A stretch of 64,000 nt of DNA, taken from NCBI GenBank assembly GCA_963695825.1, contig CAVOHX010000021.1, positions 2,380 through 66,379 of the forward strand, written 5' to 3'. The position numbers and the translations under genes are program-made. Below the pieces are notes generated by a model that worked only from the letters and a program-made list of their open reading frames with translations, was not told where the DNA came from and made no database searches. Below are positions 61,108-64,000 of the stretch, piece by piece. Positions within the stretch are counted from its first letter, which is position 1, and every line of letters starts with the position of its first letter. This DNA is from an uncultured Chloroflexia bacterium. Its GTDB lineage: Bacteria; Chloroflexota; Anaerolineae; Promineifilales; UBA4811.

Positions 61108-62263
61108 ATGCACCACAGAAAACTAAAGGGAGGGATGGTTGGCGGCGCCCCCGGCGCCTTGATCGGGCCGGTCCATCGCATGGCGGCCGCGCTGGACGGT
61201 CAGGCGGATTTCGTCGCCGGGGTCTTTTCGTCAAACCCAATCAAATCGGTGCAGGCGGGCGCTGACCTGCATCTCGACCCCGAGCGGGTCTATGGCGACT
61301 ATCGCGAGATGGCGGAAGAGGAGGCCCGGCAGCCGGAGGGCGAGCGGCTCGATTTCGTCTCTATCGTCACCCCCAACGTCACCCATTTCGAGATGGCGAA
61401 AACCTTTCTGGAGGCCGGTTTTCACGTGGTGCTGGACAAGCCCATGTGCACCGGCCTGGAGCAGGCGAAGGAACTGCAAGCGGTGGTCGAGCGGACCGGC
61501 CGGGTCTTTGTCCTGACCCACAATTACACCGGCTACCCGATGGTCAAGCAGGCGCGCCACATGGTGCGGGAAGGGGCTATCGGCCGGGTCAACAAGGTGG
61601 TGGTCGAGTACGCCCAGGGGTGGCTCTCGGGCCTGCTGACCAACCCGGAGAGCGCCATCGGCGGCTGGCGGATGGACCCCGCTGTCTCCGGTCCCTCGTG
61701 CGCCATGGGGGATATCGGCACCCACGCCGAAAACCTGTGCCGCGACCATCACTGGCCTCAAGATCAGCGAGCTGTGCGCCGACCTCACCTCGTTCATCCC
61801 GGGCAACCTCCTGGAGGACGACGGCAACGTGCTGCTCCGCTTCGAGGGGGGCGCCAAAGGGGTGCTGATGGCCTCCCAGATATCGACCGGCGAGGAGAAC
61901 GGGCTGACCATCCGGGTCTATGGGACCGAGGGCGGCCTGCTGTGGCGGCAGGAACAGCCCAGCTATCTGACGCTCCTGGACCCCTCGGGCTACCAGAAGG
62001 TCATCTCAAGGGGGAGCGCCCTCCTCTGCCCGGCCGCACAAGAGGCCGAGCGGCTGCCGGCCGGTCACCCGGAGGGGTTTATCGAGACCTTTGCCAACGT
62101 CTACCGCGAGGCGTTCAAGAGCATTCGTGGGTGGAGGGAGGGTCAGCCGGTCGAGCTGCACGACCACCCGACGGTCGAGGACGGGGTCATCGGGAACGCG
62201 TTCATCGACACGGTGCTCGCCAGCGCCCGATCCGATACCAAGTGGACTGGGATGCTGGCATAG
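61108..62263 (+). CDS. Gfo/Idh/MocA family oxidoreductase; frameshift ~61745
   Basis: GMVGG..GALIG.VHR, IVTPN, DKP, HNYTGYPMV, GDIGTH and PAGHPEG. Confidence 0.88.
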
Positions 62264-62283
62264 GGATCAACCGCTGCACACCC

Positions 62284-62441
62284 GTCATCGCGAGTGGAAC
62301 AAAGCGATCTCCACCGCCGGGCACCTGTCATCGCGAGGGGAACGAAGCGATCTCCACCGCCCGGCACCCGTCATCGCGAGTGGAACGAAGCGATCTCGGT
62401 TTTTAAAGGCGGGAGATTGCTTCGCCAAGGCTCGCAATGAC
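62284..62441. repeat. REP-like array: three direct units (43-bp period) plus one inverted unit
   Basis: GTCATCGCGAG..GAAC.AAGCGATCTC at 62284, 62327 and 62370. Inverted GAGATTGCTTCG...CTCGCAATGAC at 62413-62441. Confidence 0.85.
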
Positions 62442-62492
62442 CAATGCCCTATGTTCTTGGTGTTCGAAACTGTCATTGATGAGGAATAACGT

Positions 62493-63605
62493 ATGCATCG
62501 AGTGCGAGTAGGAATCATCGGGTGCGGCGACATTGCGCGGCGCGCCTACGTCCCCAGCGTGCGAAGGTTCGAGGTCCTCGACCTGGTCGCCTGCGCCGAC
62601 ATTAACCTGGCGGCCGCTCGCCAGCTGGGCGCCGACCTGGAGATACCGCGGGTTCTCACGGTCGAGGCGCTCCTGGCGGCCGAGGACGTCGATCTGATCC
62701 TGAACCTGACGACGCCCCAGGCTCACGCGCCGGTCAACCTCGCCATACTGGAAGCCGACAAGCACCTGTACGTCGAAAAGCCGTTCGCCCTGACCCGGGA
62801 GGCGGCTCGGGCAGTCCTGAACAAGGCGGCCGACAAGCACCTCCTGGTGGCGGCCGCGCCCGACACCTTTCTGGGGGCCGGCCTCCAGACGGTCCGCAAG
62901 GTGATCGACGAGAACTGGATCGGCGAGCCGACGGCCGCGGCTGCGTTCATGGGATGGGCGGGTCCCGAAAGCTGGCACCCCGACCCCGGCTTTTTGTATC
63001 TCGAGGGCGCCGGCCCCCTGCTGGACATGGGCCCCTATTATCTGACGGCGCTGGTCTCGTTGGTAGGCCCCGTCAAGCGGGTCATCGGCATGTCCAAGCG
63101 GACCTGGTCCGAGCGCACCATCACCAGCGAGCCCAAATACGGGCAGAGAATCCCGGTCGAGGTGGACACCCACGTCTGCGCCCACCTCGAGTTCCACTCG
63201 AACTTGATGGCGACCATGACCATCAGTTACGACGTGCAAAAGCACAACCTGCCCCGTTTCGAGATCTATGGGACCGAGGGGACCGTGACCCTGCACGACC
63301 CGGACACCTTTGGCGGGCCGGTGCGCGTCTATCGTTCCGGCGGGTCGGAACCCGCGTGGCAGGAGATGCCGCTGGTCAGCCCCTACCACGGCGAACACCG
63401 CGGGATCGGAGCGGCCGATCTCGCCTATGCCATGACTGGCTCGCGCCCCCACCGGGCGACCGGGGAGCTGGCGACCCACGTCCTGGACGCCATGCTGGCG
63501 ATTGACGAGTCGGTCCGGCTGGGGCGGGTCGTCGAGTTAGAGACGGCCGTTGACCGGCCGGCCGCGCTTCCGACCGGGTTGCGGATGGGCCAACTGGACA
63601 ACTAG
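62493..63605 (+). CDS. Gfo/Idh/MocA family oxidoreductase
   Basis: VGIIGCGDI, EKP, APDTFLG, ESWHP and GPLLDMGPYY. Confidence 0.92.
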   Translation: MHRVRVGIIGCGDIARRAYVPSVRRFEVLDLVACADINLAAARQLGADLEIPRVLTVEALLAAEDVDLILNLTTPQAHAPVNLAILEADKHLYVEKPFALTREAARAVLNKAADKHLLVAAAPDTFLGAGLQTVRKVIDENWIGEPTAAAAFMGWAGPESWHPDPGFLYLEGAGPLLDMGPYYLTALVSLVGPVKRVIGMSKRTWSERTITSEPKYGQRIPVEVDTHVCAHLEFHSNLMATMTISYDVQKHNLPRFEIYGTEGTVTLHDPDTFGGPVRVYRSGGSEPAWQEMPLVSPYHGEHRGIGAADLAYAMTGSRPHRATGELATHVLDAMLAIDESVRLGRVVELETAVDRPAALPTGLRMGQLDN

Positions 63606-63678
63606 TCCGGACCGCTTGGACCCAACGCAGCAGATACCGATACTGGTTTTGTCGTTCATTCAATAGGAGAGTCTTGCA

Positions 63679-64000
63679 GTGTCAGACCACAACATCAAGT
63701 TCGGCACCGACCTCATTACCTTTTACGCCCCCAGCTTTTGGGGCGGCCGCGGCGGGCTGAACCAGCTCCGCAAAACGATTGCCGACGGGGGGTGGGACCC
63801 GCCCAGGTTCTGGGAGCGAATACTCGACAGCGCCCAGGCGGCCGGGATGGACGGCATCGAGATCACCTTCCCGCCTGGCGACTGGAGGAGCGCGCTCCAG
63901 GCCTTTGGTTCCCCGTCCGCGTTCAACGCGGCCTTGCACGACCGGGGGCTGGAACTGGCGGCCGGTTTCTTTTGCGAGATCACCCCCGACGGGCAACGGC
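63679..64000 (+). CDS. sugar-phosphate isomerase/epimerase (TIM barrel) family protein, 3' truncated by window edge
   Basis: GTG after AGGAG. Open frame to the end: IKFGTDLITFY..FWG...FWERILD...AGMDGIEITF...GLELAAGF. Confidence 0.65.
   Translation, partial: MSDHNIKFGTDLITFYAPSFWGGRGGLNQLRKTIADGGWDPPRFWERILDSAQAAGMDGIEITFPPGDWRSALQAFGSPSAFNAALHDRGLELAAGFFCEITPDGQR

Noticed and set aside
62284-62397. Possible mini-CRISPR (28-bp repeats)
   Set aside because: The intervening 15-bp segments are nearly identical to each other and an inverted copy follows, which fits a REP-type element.
1-64000. tRNA, rRNA, integrase or transposase genes
   Set aside because: None recognised on either strand.

Overview
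GC-rich bacterial window, most likely Chloroflexota (Anaerolineae-like). This rests on a giant surface protein ending in the 'IYLPMV' C-terminal motif and on two small ORF families typical of that phylum. Many genes carry single-base frameshifts that look like long-read indel errors. From left to right: (1) a DUF4258-type toxin/antitoxin-like pair. (2) A GntR-linked Opp/Dpp ABC operon whose permease B has a very large insertion. (3) An ~8 kb lower-GC Rhs polymorphic-toxin cassette array (~8.8-16.85 kb) with four Rhs-core/C-terminal toxin modules, one of them duplicated, each followed by an immunity-position gene. (4) A ~10.8 kb gene for a giant repeat-rich surface protein. (5) A MalT/LuxR-linked operon with two tandem rifampin-phosphotransferase-like proteins that lack the ATP-grasp domain. 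(6) A catabolic island with two M55 D-aminopeptidases, two paralogous peptide-ABC modules, non-canonical cupins, two sulfatases, a PLP enzyme, a YeiH exporter and Gfo/Idh/MocA oxidoreductases. The best candidate for an undescribed system is an Rhs toxin with an HExxE...AH motif. Its immunity-position gene (9459-9920) encodes a stand-alone copy of elongation factor G domain IV, suggesting a translation-targeting toxin neutralised by an EF-G decoy. All family assignments are from motif recognition by eye; no database searches were run.
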